Translations under genes and position numbers: made by a program
Notes under the pieces: model-generated
Told to the model about the DNA's origin: nothing
Databases searched by the model: none
What the model saw: only the letters and a program-made list of their open reading frames with translations
Origin: Candidatus Magasanikiibacteriota bacterium
Lineage (GTDB): Bacteria > Patescibacteriota > Patescibacteriia > Magasanikbacterales > 2-02-FULL-50-9b
Length of the DNA: 58,014 bases
Direction of reading: 5' to 3'
Assembly (NCBI GenBank): GCA_943355025.1
Contig: CALRDW010000001.1
Coordinates: 1 to 58,014, forward strand
Part shown: piece after piece, positions 1 to 9,228 of the stretch
Layout: every line of letters starts with the position of its first letter
Position numbering within the stretch: position 1 is the stretch's first letter

Positions 1-72
1 TGTCCGAGGCGCGCATCATTGGTCGTCAGGATTCAACTCAAAATACATTCGAACTTTGTTTAATACACACCG

Positions 73-113
73 CCAAACAAAAATACCGACCTTGCGTCGG
101 TATTTTTGTTTGG
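73..113. terminator. Perfect 18-bp inverted repeat, bidirectional terminator-like hairpin
   Basis: CCAAACAAAAATACCGAC-cttgc-GTCGGTATTTTTGTTTGG; overlaps CCGCCA (70-75), a tRNA-3'-like end. Confidence 0.8.
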
Positions 114-120
114 GAGAATG

Positions 121-230
121 GCGAGGAGATTCGAAGGGTTTGCACGCGACCGAGTGAACGCAGGTCGCATTGTGCAAACCCAGTACCGAACGCGCCAGAT
201 GCGTGGCGCGCGAGGCGAATCTCTCCCTCG
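121..230 (+). other. Multi-hairpin structured element containing tRNA T-arm-like sequence
   Basis: Closing stem GAGATTCG/CGAATCTC, internal stems GGGTTTGCAC/GTGCAAACCC, GCGACC/GGTCGC, CGCGCCA/TGGCGCG. Confidence 0.65.
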
Positions 231-376
231 TTTACAGAGAAGCTCAAGTTGCACAGACACATAATTTTTGTTACGCTAGTATTATATAAAAAATTGTATG
301 GCAAAAGGCAACAACGCGCAACAACGAAATAGAAAGAAACCTAAGCAGGAGAAGAAAAAATAGAATTTTTTGATTT

Positions 377-733
377 GTGCAAAAGTATAAAATACGCGCC
401 CTTGTTTTGGGCTGCGTGGTTGTTGCAATTACAGCCATCGTTTCTGCCGCACAAAGCAAACAAACTGCACCAACGCCAAAGCCTGCCCAACCACAAGGAC
501 AGTACGCGGCAACAGAAATCGCTATTCACAAAGACGCAACGAGCTGCTGGACATCGATTAACGGTTCGGTTTATGATTTGACTGCGTGGATCGCGTCACA
601 CCCAGGAGGCGAAGGCGCAATTTTGAGTATTTGCGGTAAAGATGGATCAGATGCATTTAACAACCAGCACAGTGGTCAAGGACGTCCTGAGAAAGTGCTT
701 GCGACTTTTATAATCGGCTCGCTCAAAAAATAA
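377..733 (+). CDS. Membrane-anchored or secreted cytochrome b5-like heme/steroid-binding protein
   Basis: N-terminal hydrophobic helix; CW..ING.VYDLT.W...HPGG...I...CGKDG...F...H motif. Confidence 0.9.
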   Translation: MQKYKIRALVLGCVVVAITAIVSAAQSKQTAPTPKPAQPQGQYAATEIAIHKDATSCWTSINGSVYDLTAWIASHPGGEGAILSICGKDGSDAFNNQHSGQGRPEKVLATFIIGSLKK

Positions 734-734
734 T

Positions 735-1130
735 ATGACACACAAACAACTGACTTTATATTCACCTGTAGTGCTCCGTCTTGGCCTTGTCGCCGTAGTT
801 ATCTGGTTTGGTGTATCGCAGCTCATGAATTCGGCACAGTGGGTCGGTGTAGTCCCTGTATGGGCAAAATCCCTCTCGGGAATGAGCGCGCTTTCGATTA
901 TTCGTTTCAACGGTTGCTTCGAAATTCTGACTGGTGCACTCCTCGCAATCGGTTTGTGGACGCGCTGGGTTGCCTTGGCGCTCGCGGTACATTTATTTAT
1001 TATTGCAACTGGTTTCGGCATCAGTCCAATCGGCGTCCGCGATTTTGGTCTTTCTGTGAGCTTACTTGCAGTTGCGATGTTTGGCTCGGATGTATGCAGC
1101 TTTGAACATGTACACGAAGATTCAAAGTAG
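735..1130 (+). CDS. DoxX family membrane protein
   Basis: LRLGL..V.IWFG, E...G.LL..G..TR, RDFGL motifs; about 4 TM helices. Confidence 0.8.
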   Translation: MTHKQLTLYSPVVLRLGLVAVVIWFGVSQLMNSAQWVGVVPVWAKSLSGMSALSIIRFNGCFEILTGALLAIGLWTRWVALALAVHLFIIATGFGISPIGVRDFGLSVSLLAVAMFGSDVCSFEHVHEDSK

Positions 1131-1139
1131 CACTACTAT

Positions 1140-1766
1140 ATGGGGGAGCATGTTGCAGATGTTTACGACAAAATTTATTTGAAGGATGAAAAGCGGTATG
1201 GAGTGGAACCTCTATCGATCGTTCGTGAACTGGCACATATTTTGTCGCCAGGGTGTTCTATTTTTGAAATTGGAGCAGGGCATGGGCGCAACAGCTTGTT
1301 TTTATCTTCAAATGGATTTGATGTAACCGCGGCTGATATTTCGCCACGCGCAGTTGAATTATTAGCGCGTGGCGCACAGGAACGACAGACGAACATGAAG
1401 TCTATGTTTTTTAATGCTGCGCACGACCAAATTCCAGGAGTATTCGACGCGATTATATCAACATTCGTGTTTCATCATCTGTCTGATGCAGAGGCGCACA
1501 AGGCGATTCGGCATATGCAGTACGCAACGCATTCGGGCGGCGTAAATCTGATTTTATCATTTACAAAAAACGGAATGTTTTATCAGAACAATCCTGAAAC
1601 TGGTGATTTTTTTCTTGAAACTAAAGAAGATCTCGCCGAAATGTATCGAGGATGGGATATAATAAAATTATTCGAGCATGCAGGGAGGGCTCGATCTTTG
1701 GGTTCAGAGGGCAGCAGTGAGTTGCAACCTAACGTGTTTGCTGGGCTACTTGCGCGCAAGCCGTAA
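1140..1766 (+). CDS. Class I SAM-dependent methyltransferase (TehB-like)
   Basis: EIGAGHGRNSLFL motif I, VTAADIS, FDAIIS..VFHHL. Confidence 0.85.
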   Translation: MGEHVADVYDKIYLKDEKRYGVEPLSIVRELAHILSPGCSIFEIGAGHGRNSLFLSSNGFDVTAADISPRAVELLARGAQERQTNMKSMFFNAAHDQIPGVFDAIISTFVFHHLSDAEAHKAIRHMQYATHSGGVNLILSFTKNGMFYQNNPETGDFFLETKEDLAEMYRGWDIIKLFEHAGRARSLGSEGSSELQPNVFAGLLARKP

Positions 1767-2337
1767 ATGCGGGCGAGCGTTCAAGTTCGGCAAGGACTTC
1801 GAGTTCTGACAAATCGCCGTTGAGAATTGTTTCAGCAAAACGTGCGCCATGACTTCCATGCATGTCGAACATTGGTACGACAACCTCATAAAAATAATCA
1901 TCGTCCATTTCTGGCCAGCGAGATTTTTTGCGCGCGTATTGCTCCTCGACCGAAACATGGAGATATAATTTTGTATCAAATAAATTTCTGATGCGCGGAT
2001 CGTGATAGAGCAAATATCCTTCAACAAAAACAACGGGCCCTGGAGTTATAAGTTCGGTTCCCGTTTGAATGCCGGTTTTTTTGTCGTACACGGGGAATGT
2101 TGTCGGCTTTCCCGCGCGCAGCTTGCCGAGCGCGTCAAAAAAAGCGTCCCACTCGATATTTTCTGGTGTCTCGCGGTTTATCCATCGACCATATGACGGA
2201 AACGTTTCGTATGCCTTGAAAAAACCGTCTAATCGAATATGAGTTATATGTGGGTAGCGATCAGTTATGCTGCGTACGAGCGTGGTTTTGCCAGCTCCCG
2301 ACGGACCAGCAAGACCAATGAACAGTGGTCGGTTCAT
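1729..2337 (-). CDS. udk: Uridine kinase family P-loop kinase
   Basis: IGLAGPSGAGKTT, PVYDK, VEGYLL, LFDTKLYL; start trimmed to MNRPLF. Confidence 0.75.
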   Translation of the reverse strand: MNRPLFIGLAGPSGAGKTTLVRSITDRYPHITHIRLDGFFKAYETFPSYGRWINRETPENIEWDAFFDALGKLRAGKPTTFPVYDKKTGIQTGTELITPGPVVFVEGYLLYHDPRIRNLFDTKLYLHVSVEEQYARKKSRWPEMDDDYFYEVVVPMFDMHGSHGARFAETILNGDLSELEVLAELERSPAFTACAQVAQQTR

Positions 2338-2623
2338 AGAAATGAAGCTGCGTTCTCTGTGCGGATAATAATTGAGCAGATTATAGCACATGTCTTCGGT
2401 TGCGTTGGTTGGTCTCTGGGTGTCAGATACTGCACATATGATTCATATCAAACTCATTCGTGGAATTGAAATTTTATTTTTGTGTGGCGTGCAGTTGACG
2501 AAGATGGCTGCAAATTGGTTGCGCACACACAACGAAGTGTGGCTTGAAAAAAACGCGCCGCATATGTAGCGGCGGGGATTATTATTACGAGCGGATTTTT
2601 ATGGGAGCTTTGGGAGTTACTTG

Positions 2624-2654
2624 CTGACGCGCCCGAAAAAATCGAGCGCGTCAG
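2624..2654 (-). terminator. Hairpin downstream of the large secreted protein gene
   Basis: CTGACGCGC...GCGCGTCAG inverted repeat; no strong U-tract. Confidence 0.45.
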
Positions 2655-2669
2655 AAGTGTTGTAACTAA

Positions 2670-5030
2670 CTAATTGTAGAGGGGAGATGTAATCGCTGCT
2701 TGTTCAGCTGATGAGCTGAACTGATTTGAAGCAGTGACGTCTGCGCCAAACGTATAGTCACCGAAGAATGCATCTGAGATGTCGTCAATTTGTTTCGCCC
2801 ATGTGTTTCCATAGATTCCGCCAGCAACGGTTTCCGTTGTTACCCAGCGAAGAACACCTCCCTTGGTTACTGCGTAAACAAATTTACCCGTCGTAAATTT
2901 GACCATGCGTACACCTGGACGATACGTAACATTTTTTCCGAGACTGTATGATGCGAGTTGCGTGGTGCTGATTGTACGTACATCGGAGAAATCTTTGTAC
3001 CAGGTGAAGTAGATTTTTGAATTCGGGAATGCGTGGCGGTAGTTGTCAGAGCCAATAAAATATACAGCTCTGCATGAATCGTTTGATCCTGCATTTGCCG
3101 GGCACGCGTATTTTACCAACGAGCCAGGACCAATTGTTGAGTTAGGTGGTGTGACTGGGGCCGGAGATATGCTTGCAAGCGTAAAAGTCATAGGGAACGT
3201 CGCGATCGAGATCCCGTCGACTGTTGCAGTCAGTGTCGAATTTCCGACAGCGCTTGATTTAACATAGAAAACAGCCGAGCCAAGATCGCTCGTTGTGTTT
3301 CCGATGATTGTAATTGTATCAAGTCCTGGTCGCGATGAGAGCAGCTGAACACCTTTGTTTGGGAGCGGTTGTGCAAGGTTGTTTTTTATAACAACGGTAA
3401 CAATCGCTGAGGTGCTGTTGTCTGCGATTACGGTCGGCGTTGGTGAACTAATGAACGAATAAATTGCTGATGGAGTTGTGTTTGTTGGAGTAGGAGCAGG
3501 CGTTGGCGTTACTGCTGTGAGCGTTGAGGCAAAGTTTGACTCAGGACCAACGCTGTTGTTTCCAGCGTTATCAATGCACGATGCTTTGAGCATGTAGTTT
3601 TGAACACCGCTAAAACTTCGATTTACAATGTAATCATTGCTCGAAGCGTCATACACCATAGCACCAATCGCCGCGCCATTCACCAATAATGAACAGCTTG
3701 AAATGCCTGCAGCGTCGGTGACATGCGCATGAAGAGTTACAGCTGTATTAACTGTTCCAGACGTTGGTGTGACTGCTGAGACAGAAGGACCTGTGGTGTC
3801 AACGGTAAATACTACCATGGAGACAGCTCCAAGAAGGCTCACTTCGTCTGCGGCCTGAACCGAGAACGTGTGTGCGCCAGCGCTGAGGCCTGCGGGGATT
3901 TGGTAGCTTAGAAGAGTGCCATTATTGATTGTTGCATTGTTATCAATGCTTATCCAGTATGTAACGGGACCGACATTATCGGTTGCTGCGTTCCAGCTGA
4001 ATGCTGGTGTAATGTTGTTTGTAACTGATCCTGCAAAATTGCCGGCAAGACCTGCAATTACACCTGGTGCGGCACTGTCATAGACAGAGAGGCCGTCTGA
4101 TGAACTGAGAAACACGGCATTTGTTGCACCAGTCGGCACTGCAGCGCTCGTGTAGCCGACAGCGCTTGTTGGTGCGTCCATTTTGATCCAGCTTGAACCA
4201 CCATCGGTTGAGTATGATGCAACACCGTGTGTTCCAACGGTGATTACTTTGCTTGCAGATGGTTGGTAGATGCGGCGAAGCGAACCCCCGCTTAAACTGC
4301 TGGCATCAAGCTTCGTCCAGATGTGGCCAGCGTCAGTTGTTTTAAATACTGAAGGGACTGCAGAAACTGCATAACCAGTCGATCCAAACATGGAAACATC
4401 GGTAATTGTTTCCGTCAGATTTGTTACCGCGGCCCAATTCACGCCGTTATCATTTGTCCAATAGACAGAACTGCCTGCTGCAAGCATGCCGTTTTGTGTG
4501 TCTGTATATGAAAGCGCGGTAATACCGGAACCGCCGGCTGGTGAGCCGAGAAGATTCCACGTTGTACCATCCGTTGTTCGATAGAGATGACCGAGTGCTG
4601 TGCCAACGTATGCGTAGGTATCTCTAGCAACGGAGAGTGCTGAGGCGCTGCTGTTGTCGAGGGATGCGGTTGAAGTCCACGTAACACCACCGTCGGTTGA
4701 GCGGAGAATTCTACCGTTAGAAACGGACGCAAATGCGACCGAGTCTGAGTTACCAAATTGGATGTGTGTGATTTGTGTTCCGGTTCCGGAGCTTACGGAA
4801 TTCCAAGTTTTACCGCCGTCCGTCGTTCTGATTATATTTCCATTGTCTCCTGCTGCTAGACCAATCAAAGCAGAACCGAATGCAACATCTTGGAAGCTGT
4901 GCACTGAATCTTTAACTCCAATGCCTGCAGTCGGGCTCGGAGTTGCGTATACTGATGAAAATGGGGCGAGCGTAAGGGCTGCGGCAACGAGCCAGCGCGC
5001 CGTTGAATTCGTCCACGGTCGTTTTAACAT
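2670..5030 (-). CDS. Large secreted surface protein: YCF48/BNR beta-propeller, Ig-like/invasin-type domains, CPR-type C-terminal domain
   Basis: Signal peptide; repeated T.DGG.TW Asp-boxes; D..AP/D..GP Ig boundaries; IADN......V.IK (Big_1-like); C-terminal AVYFIG.D..RH.FPN..IYFTWY.DFS...YRPG.RMVKF. Confidence 0.85.
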   Translation of the reverse strand: MLKRPWTNSTARWLVAAALTLAPFSSVYATPSPTAGIGVKDSVHSFQDVAFGSALIGLAAGDNGNIIRTTDGGKTWNSVSSGTGTQITHIQFGNSDSVAFASVSNGRILRSTDGGVTWTSTASLDNSSASALSVARDTYAYVGTALGHLYRTTDGTTWNLLGSPAGGSGITALSYTDTQNGMLAAGSSVYWTNDNGVNWAAVTNLTETITDVSMFGSTGYAVSAVPSVFKTTDAGHIWTKLDASSLSGGSLRRIYQPSASKVITVGTHGVASYSTDGGSSWIKMDAPTSAVGYTSAAVPTGATNAVFLSSSDGLSVYDSAAPGVIAGLAGNFAGSVTNNITPAFSWNAATDNVGPVTYWISIDNNATINNGTLLSYQIPAGLSAGAHTFSVQAADEVSLLGAVSMVVFTVDTTGPSVSAVTPTSGTVNTAVTLHAHVTDAAGISSCSLLVNGAAIGAMVYDASSNDYIVNRSFSGVQNYMLKASCIDNAGNNSVGPESNFASTLTAVTPTPAPTPTNTTPSAIYSFISSPTPTVIADNSTSAIVTVVIKNNLAQPLPNKGVQLLSSRPGLDTITIIGNTTSDLGSAVFYVKSSAVGNSTLTATVDGISIATFPMTFTLASISPAPVTPPNSTIGPGSLVKYACPANAGSNDSCRAVYFIGSDNYRHAFPNSKIYFTWYKDFSDVRTISTTQLASYSLGKNVTYRPGVRMVKFTTGKFVYAVTKGGVLRWVTTETVAGGIYGNTWAKQIDDISDAFFGDYTFGADVTASNQFSSSAEQAAITSPLYN

Positions 5031-5093
5031 ACCGACGTGAAAAATAAGATGAATAATAAGTAGGTAGATGGTACCATTTTTTGGCGGTTTAGC

Positions 5094-6350
5094 CTAGAGA
5101 GATGTGACGAGGAGCGCAATCGCAGCTAGCGACATGATACAAGCTATTGTCCAACCAAAAATGTTTGAAAACCATGAGTTTGTGTGGGCACCCATAATTT
5201 TTTTATTGTTTGCGATGCACAGAATTATCATGATGAGTGGTGGCGCAACAATTCCGTTGAGCACAGCCGTGTAATACAGCATTTGAAACGGTTTGATCGG
5301 CGTCAAATTAACGAGTAAGCCAACCAGCGTCGCGAGTATTATTACTAAATAAAATCCGTGCGCGTCCGTAAATTTTTTTCCAAGCCCCGCTTTCCATTTG
5401 AAAGCTTCTGCGAGGGCATACCCGGCGGATCCGGCTAAAATTGGAACGGCTAGGAGGCCTGTTCCGATAATGCCAAGAGCGAATAATAGAAATGCAAAAT
5501 TTCCTGCGATTGGTCGAAGTGCTTCAGCTGCCTGGTCCGCTGTTTCAATGTGTGTGATTCCGTGGAGATGGAGGGTTGATGCGGTTGCAACGATAATAAA
5601 AAACATTACGAGGTTTGAGAAAAACATACCGACGACCGTATCAAGACGCATGTTTTTTATGTCGGTGGTTGTTATGTGTGGGTTACCAACACCCGACGCT
5701 TTGAGTTTGTGATGCTCAATTTCTTCTTCAACTTCCTCGTCAGTTTGCCAGAAAAATAGATATGGCGAAATGGTGGTACCGAGAATTGCAACAACGTTGA
5801 GCAAATAATCTTTATCAAACGTGATGTGTGGAATGAAGGTTGAGAGCGCTATGGCGTGCCAATTCTGCTTGATTGCAAACGCGGTAAAAATATAAGCAAA
5901 CAAGGAGAGTGTTAAATATTTGAGAACGCGGGCGTAGGTCGGATAGGGGATGGTTATTTCAAGAACGAGCGTAAGGAGCGTTATGCCGATGAGCCAAACG
6001 ATGAATGGAAATCCGAAGACAAGTTTTCCTGCCGCGGCCATGGCCCCGAGATCCGCGCCAATATTAATTATGTTCGCAAGAACTAAAATGGATACGGCAG
6101 CGTAAAGTAAGACTTTTCCGTAGCGTTCGCGGAGAATTGTCGCGAGACCTTTACCGGTTACGAGCCCAATGCGCCCACACATTTCTTGGACAACGGTCAT
6201 GAATGGGAAAGAAAAGAGGGCTGTCCACAATTGGCCATAACCGAATTGCGCGCCAGTTTGAGAGTATGTGCCAATACCTGATGGATCGTCGTCTGACGCT
6301 CCTGTAATAAAACCTGGTCCAAGTATTTTGAGAAGTTTTTTAAATTTCAT
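5094..6350 (-). CDS. NRAMP family divalent metal transporter
   Basis: LGPG.ITGASDDDPSGIGTYSQ.GA and GTTISPYLFFWQ motifs; about 11 TM. Confidence 0.92.
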   Translation of the reverse strand: MKFKKLLKILGPGFITGASDDDPSGIGTYSQTGAQFGYGQLWTALFSFPFMTVVQEMCGRIGLVTGKGLATILRERYGKVLLYAAVSILVLANIINIGADLGAMAAAGKLVFGFPFIVWLIGITLLTLVLEITIPYPTYARVLKYLTLSLFAYIFTAFAIKQNWHAIALSTFIPHITFDKDYLLNVVAILGTTISPYLFFWQTDEEVEEEIEHHKLKASGVGNPHITTTDIKNMRLDTVVGMFFSNLVMFFIIVATASTLHLHGITHIETADQAAEALRPIAGNFAFLLFALGIIGTGLLAVPILAGSAGYALAEAFKWKAGLGKKFTDAHGFYLVIILATLVGLLVNLTPIKPFQMLYYTAVLNGIVAPPLIMIILCIANNKKIMGAHTNSWFSNIFGWTIACIMSLAAIALLVTSL

Positions 6351-6399
6351 AGAGCGCGTATGCACATGCATGATAGAATGATTTTGCTTTTTTTGCAAT

Positions 6400-6428
6400 A
6401 AAAAAACCGCCCTTGCGGACGGTTTTTT
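6400..6428 (-). terminator. Rho-independent terminator after the cold-shock gene
   Basis: AAAAAACCG-CC-ttgc-GG-ACGGTTTTTT. Confidence 0.75.
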
Positions 6429-6445
6429 CTCCTTACGTGCGTGGA

Positions 6446-6646
6446 TTACGCGCGTGAAACGCCTGAAGCTTTAGGGCCCTTTGGTGAATCCGTGATTTCG
6501 AATGAAACCGCGTCACCTACTTTAAGGCTGTCAAACTGGACGCCGAGGAGCTCAGTTGAATGGAAGAAAACGTCCTTACCACCATCTTCTGGGGTAATGA
6601 AGCCAAATCCTTTTTCTGAGACAAGGGTTTTAATTGAACCTAACAT
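6446..6646 (-). CDS. Cold-shock domain protein
   Basis: KGFGFI (RNP1), DVFFH (RNP2), KGPKA. Confidence 0.95.
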   Translation of the reverse strand: MLGSIKTLVSEKGFGFITPEDGGKDVFFHSTELLGVQFDSLKVGDAVSFEITDSPKGPKASGVSRA

Positions 6647-6713
6647 AGTACTTGCTTGTTGTGATTGAGTCGACCAAATGTAGACACAAGTGTAGCAGAC
6701 TTCATCAAACCTG

Positions 6714-8237
6714 TCAATAGTGAATTTTTTGCGTGATTACTTGCTCATTTTGCGCAACGATTACGGCTATTTCGAGCTTACCAACCCCTTGTTTCTCACA
6801 CGTAACCAAGTATGCGCCGGGACCAGCCATACAGCCATACCGCCCGCGACTGTCTGAAACCGCTGTTGCGACGAGTTTGTTGTATTGTGTATCAAATACG
6901 CGAATTATTGCATTTGCAACCGGATTATTATTTGAATCTGTGACTGTGCCGAATGCGCGTGGGGAGTGGCGCTTCGCAAAATAGCGGAAGAGAAAGAACA
7001 ATAAAATATTTACAGCAGCAAGCAGTACAACCCACCATTTTGGCGTAAGAAGGGCACTGCCAATCCCAAGAGCCGGGGAGGCGAGGCCAATAAATGCGCT
7101 TGCGCGGCGGCCAGCACGCCGCCATTGTTCTCGGGGTACCGAGGGTTCCTGTACAATTGGATCAACAGGCATAATTCGCTGGACGACTGGCGTCGCCGTA
7201 TCAGTCGTCAGGCGCGGTTCAAGCAAGAGATCACCATGGACAGCTTCGGAAAGTGCTGTGCCGGCAAATTCTGACGGAAATGCGTAACCTGGCTTTACGA
7301 CTTCAACCGCATAAGTACCTGGCCGTGTGAATAGAAAAAAGCGACCGTTTGAATCTGTAACCGCAGAGTGGACGACGCGGTTCGTTTCGGCACTGACAAG
7401 TCGCACAATCGCGAGATCAACAGGTAATTTTGCGAGCGAGTTGACCACGGTTCCGAATTTGTCGGTGCGTCGACGTCGCAGGACGAGCCATACGTTCGAC
7501 AAACCCATGACAACCAAGAGGCCTGTGTCGCGCAGGCCGCCAGTCGCGAGGACGTTTGTTAATGCGATTACAGAAAGCGCTGGCGCTGTTCGCTCAACGT
7601 AACATTGAGAAATAATCGCACTTTCTTTTTCTGTTGGTGCGCTTACGAGTCGGGCAAGGTCGTCGAGGCGCGCGACGCCGAGTTTGTCACGCCCACATTC
7701 AGTTACGGTTGCAATTTTGGTGTAGAGCGGTGCGAGGAGTGATTCGTAGGGTGTTCCGCTGTAGCAATCCGCAATTGCGCCTTGCTCACTTGCGTTCGGC
7801 AAAGTACTACCGCGTAGGTCTGGCGCAAGTTTTTCAAAACACGAATTAATTTTTTGTGCATCAGCGATGGTTAGCTGTATCGCAGCCAATCGTGTGTGAA
7901 GGTCGGGAATGTTTAATCTGAGAGCATCGCTGCTATTCCATAGTGCATCGATTGCACGCGCCGCAGCATCGTTTAATGTTTGGACCTCGTTGGTTGATGT
8001 TACTGTTCGATATGCTGCCGGAATCAAATCGGCAGCGCCTGCCAATCGATAACATCCAATGATTCCAAATTGAAAAGCTTCAAGAGAAATTGCGTGATTT
8101 TGATAATTAGTAATGAGAGACACTGAACATTGACCGATAATTTGTGCCTGCTCCGTCGTAAGTGTTGCTTGGGCATGGGCCACGCTGGGAATGCATAAAA
8201 AAAGCGCGGTTGCTGCAATAAAATTTTTTATTCGCAT
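6714..8237 (-). CDS. Membrane protein with signal peptide, Cys-containing helical ectodomain and two carboxypeptidase-regulatory-like domains
   Basis: AHA signal cleavage; two FG.V.....PV..A.VR.....V..D..GR modules separated by a TM hairpin; start trimmed to MRIKNF. Confidence 0.8.
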   Translation of the reverse strand: MRIKNFIAATALFLCIPSVAHAQATLTTEQAQIIGQCSVSLITNYQNHAISLEAFQFGIIGCYRLAGAADLIPAAYRTVTSTNEVQTLNDAAARAIDALWNSSDALRLNIPDLHTRLAAIQLTIADAQKINSCFEKLAPDLRGSTLPNASEQGAIADCYSGTPYESLLAPLYTKIATVTECGRDKLGVARLDDLARLVSAPTEKESAIISQCYVERTAPALSVIALTNVLATGGLRDTGLLVVMGLSNVWLVLRRRRTDKFGTVVNSLAKLPVDLAIVRLVSAETNRVVHSAVTDSNGRFFLFTRPGTYAVEVVKPGYAFPSEFAGTALSEAVHGDLLLEPRLTTDTATPVVQRIMPVDPIVQEPSVPREQWRRAGRRASAFIGLASPALGIGSALLTPKWWVVLLAAVNILLFFLFRYFAKRHSPRAFGTVTDSNNNPVANAIIRVFDTQYNKLVATAVSDSRGRYGCMAGPGAYLVTCEKQGVGKLEIAVIVAQNEQVITQKIHY

Positions 8238-8301
8238 AAAAACAAGTGGTTTTGTGTGGATAAGTATACCACGATGCACGGGATCGCCGAGTCGATATTT
8301 A

Positions 8302-8331
8302 TTGACAGTATTTGGTGCGGTGGGATACAGT
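8302..8331 (+). promoter_or_regulatory. Sigma70-like promoter for a small basic ORF
   Basis: TTGACA-N18-TACAGT. Confidence 0.5.
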
Positions 8332-8365
8332 GGATGCACCAAACGATTCAAGTCATTTTTAATTT

Positions 8366-8494
8366 ATGAGCGCAGGAAAAATGAACAGCATCGGCCGCCG
8401 GAGTGGTCGACTATCATCGAAAAAAATTTTGGTCCGCAACGTTCCGCGTGCATCAAAAAGTCCTATTGGAGGTCATCCGAGAAAGACTAAGTGA
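8366..8494 (+). CDS. Putative 42-aa highly basic small protein (not in ORF track)
   Basis: MSAGKMNSIGRRSGRLSSKKILVRNVPRASKSPIGGHPRKTK; promoter upstream, bidirectional terminator downstream. Confidence 0.5.
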   Translation: MSAGKMNSIGRRSGRLSSKKILVRNVPRASKSPIGGHPRKTK

Positions 8495-8510
8495 TTTTTG
8501 ATGTTTTAAT

Positions 8511-8543
8511 AAAAAATACCCACCAATCGGCGGGTATTTTTTT
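8511..8543. terminator. Bidirectional terminator
   Basis: AAAAAATACCC.CC-aatc-GG.GGGTATTTTTT. Confidence 0.75.
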
Positions 8544-8562
8544 GTCAGTCAACCAGCAATTG

Positions 8563-9120
8563 TTATTGCATGTAGACCGAGCCCATTATCTTGTCGATCG
8601 CGTCTGTTTTTGCTGGCGCCTGAAACACAACCATGTAATTGATGCTCCAGAATGCAATATTGAACTTAAGATCTGTATATTCTGCTGCACCTGCTATGTA
8701 TTCGTATCCAGGTGTTTTTCGGTTTCCCTCGATCATGAAGGGTTTAACATTTTCTGCGGTTTTTAAGTGGTACATTTTAGTAAAACTTTCTTGCCAGTCT
8801 TTATAGCTGGTGGTTTGTTCTTTTGGAATTTCATTAATATAGAGTTTTGAGTCAGGTGTTCCGTCTGTATAATAACCTGATTCGTTGTATGTAATTTTAC
8901 CGATTGGTTCAAGCGTTACAGCACCTGTGCTGTCAGTTCTCGCAAATTTCCAATTGCTTGGAAATTTCATGGTCACAACTTCTTTACCTGATACGCTGTC
9001 TGTATACGTTGCTGTCTGTTGCGCTGAGTCACCAGACGCAGAGCTACCTGTTTGGCCGCAACCAGCACCACTGAGCAGGAGGGCACCAATCATGGACGAG
9101 GCGATGAAGAGCTTTTTCAT
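8563..9120 (-). CDS. Lipoprotein-like secreted protein (possibly PsbP-like fold)
   Basis: MKKLF...LLLSGAGC lipobox; MKFPSNWK; C-terminal IDKIMGSV. Confidence 0.75.
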   Translation of the reverse strand: MKKLFIASSMIGALLLSGAGCGQTGSSASGDSAQQTATYTDSVSGKEVVTMKFPSNWKFARTDSTGAVTLEPIGKITYNESGYYTDGTPDSKLYINEIPKEQTTSYKDWQESFTKMYHLKTAENVKPFMIEGNRKTPGYEYIAGAAEYTDLKFNIAFWSINYMVVFQAPAKTDAIDKIMGSVYMQ

Positions 9121-9199
9121 ATCGTGAAAAATTTTTAATAGTTACAGTATACACGATCGTTGAAAAAACAAAAGTGTTTAAGATGTTCTATCTTGTATG

Positions 9200-9228
9200 T
9201 TGACAAAAACAGGGAATTGTGCTATAGT
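9200..9228 (+). promoter_or_regulatory. Cassette 1 promoter
   Basis: TTGACA-N17-TATAGT with extended -10 TG. Confidence 0.85.

Noticed and set aside
121-230. Intact, intron-containing or permuted tRNA gene
   Set aside because: Only a T-arm-like piece is present; no D-arm, anticodon arm or full acceptor stem can be built.
6351-6445. Mn-sensing yybP-ykoY riboswitch before NRAMP; FMN riboswitch before rib genes
   Set aside because: The intergenic space holds only a terminator and a short promoter region, and the rib genes have no leader.
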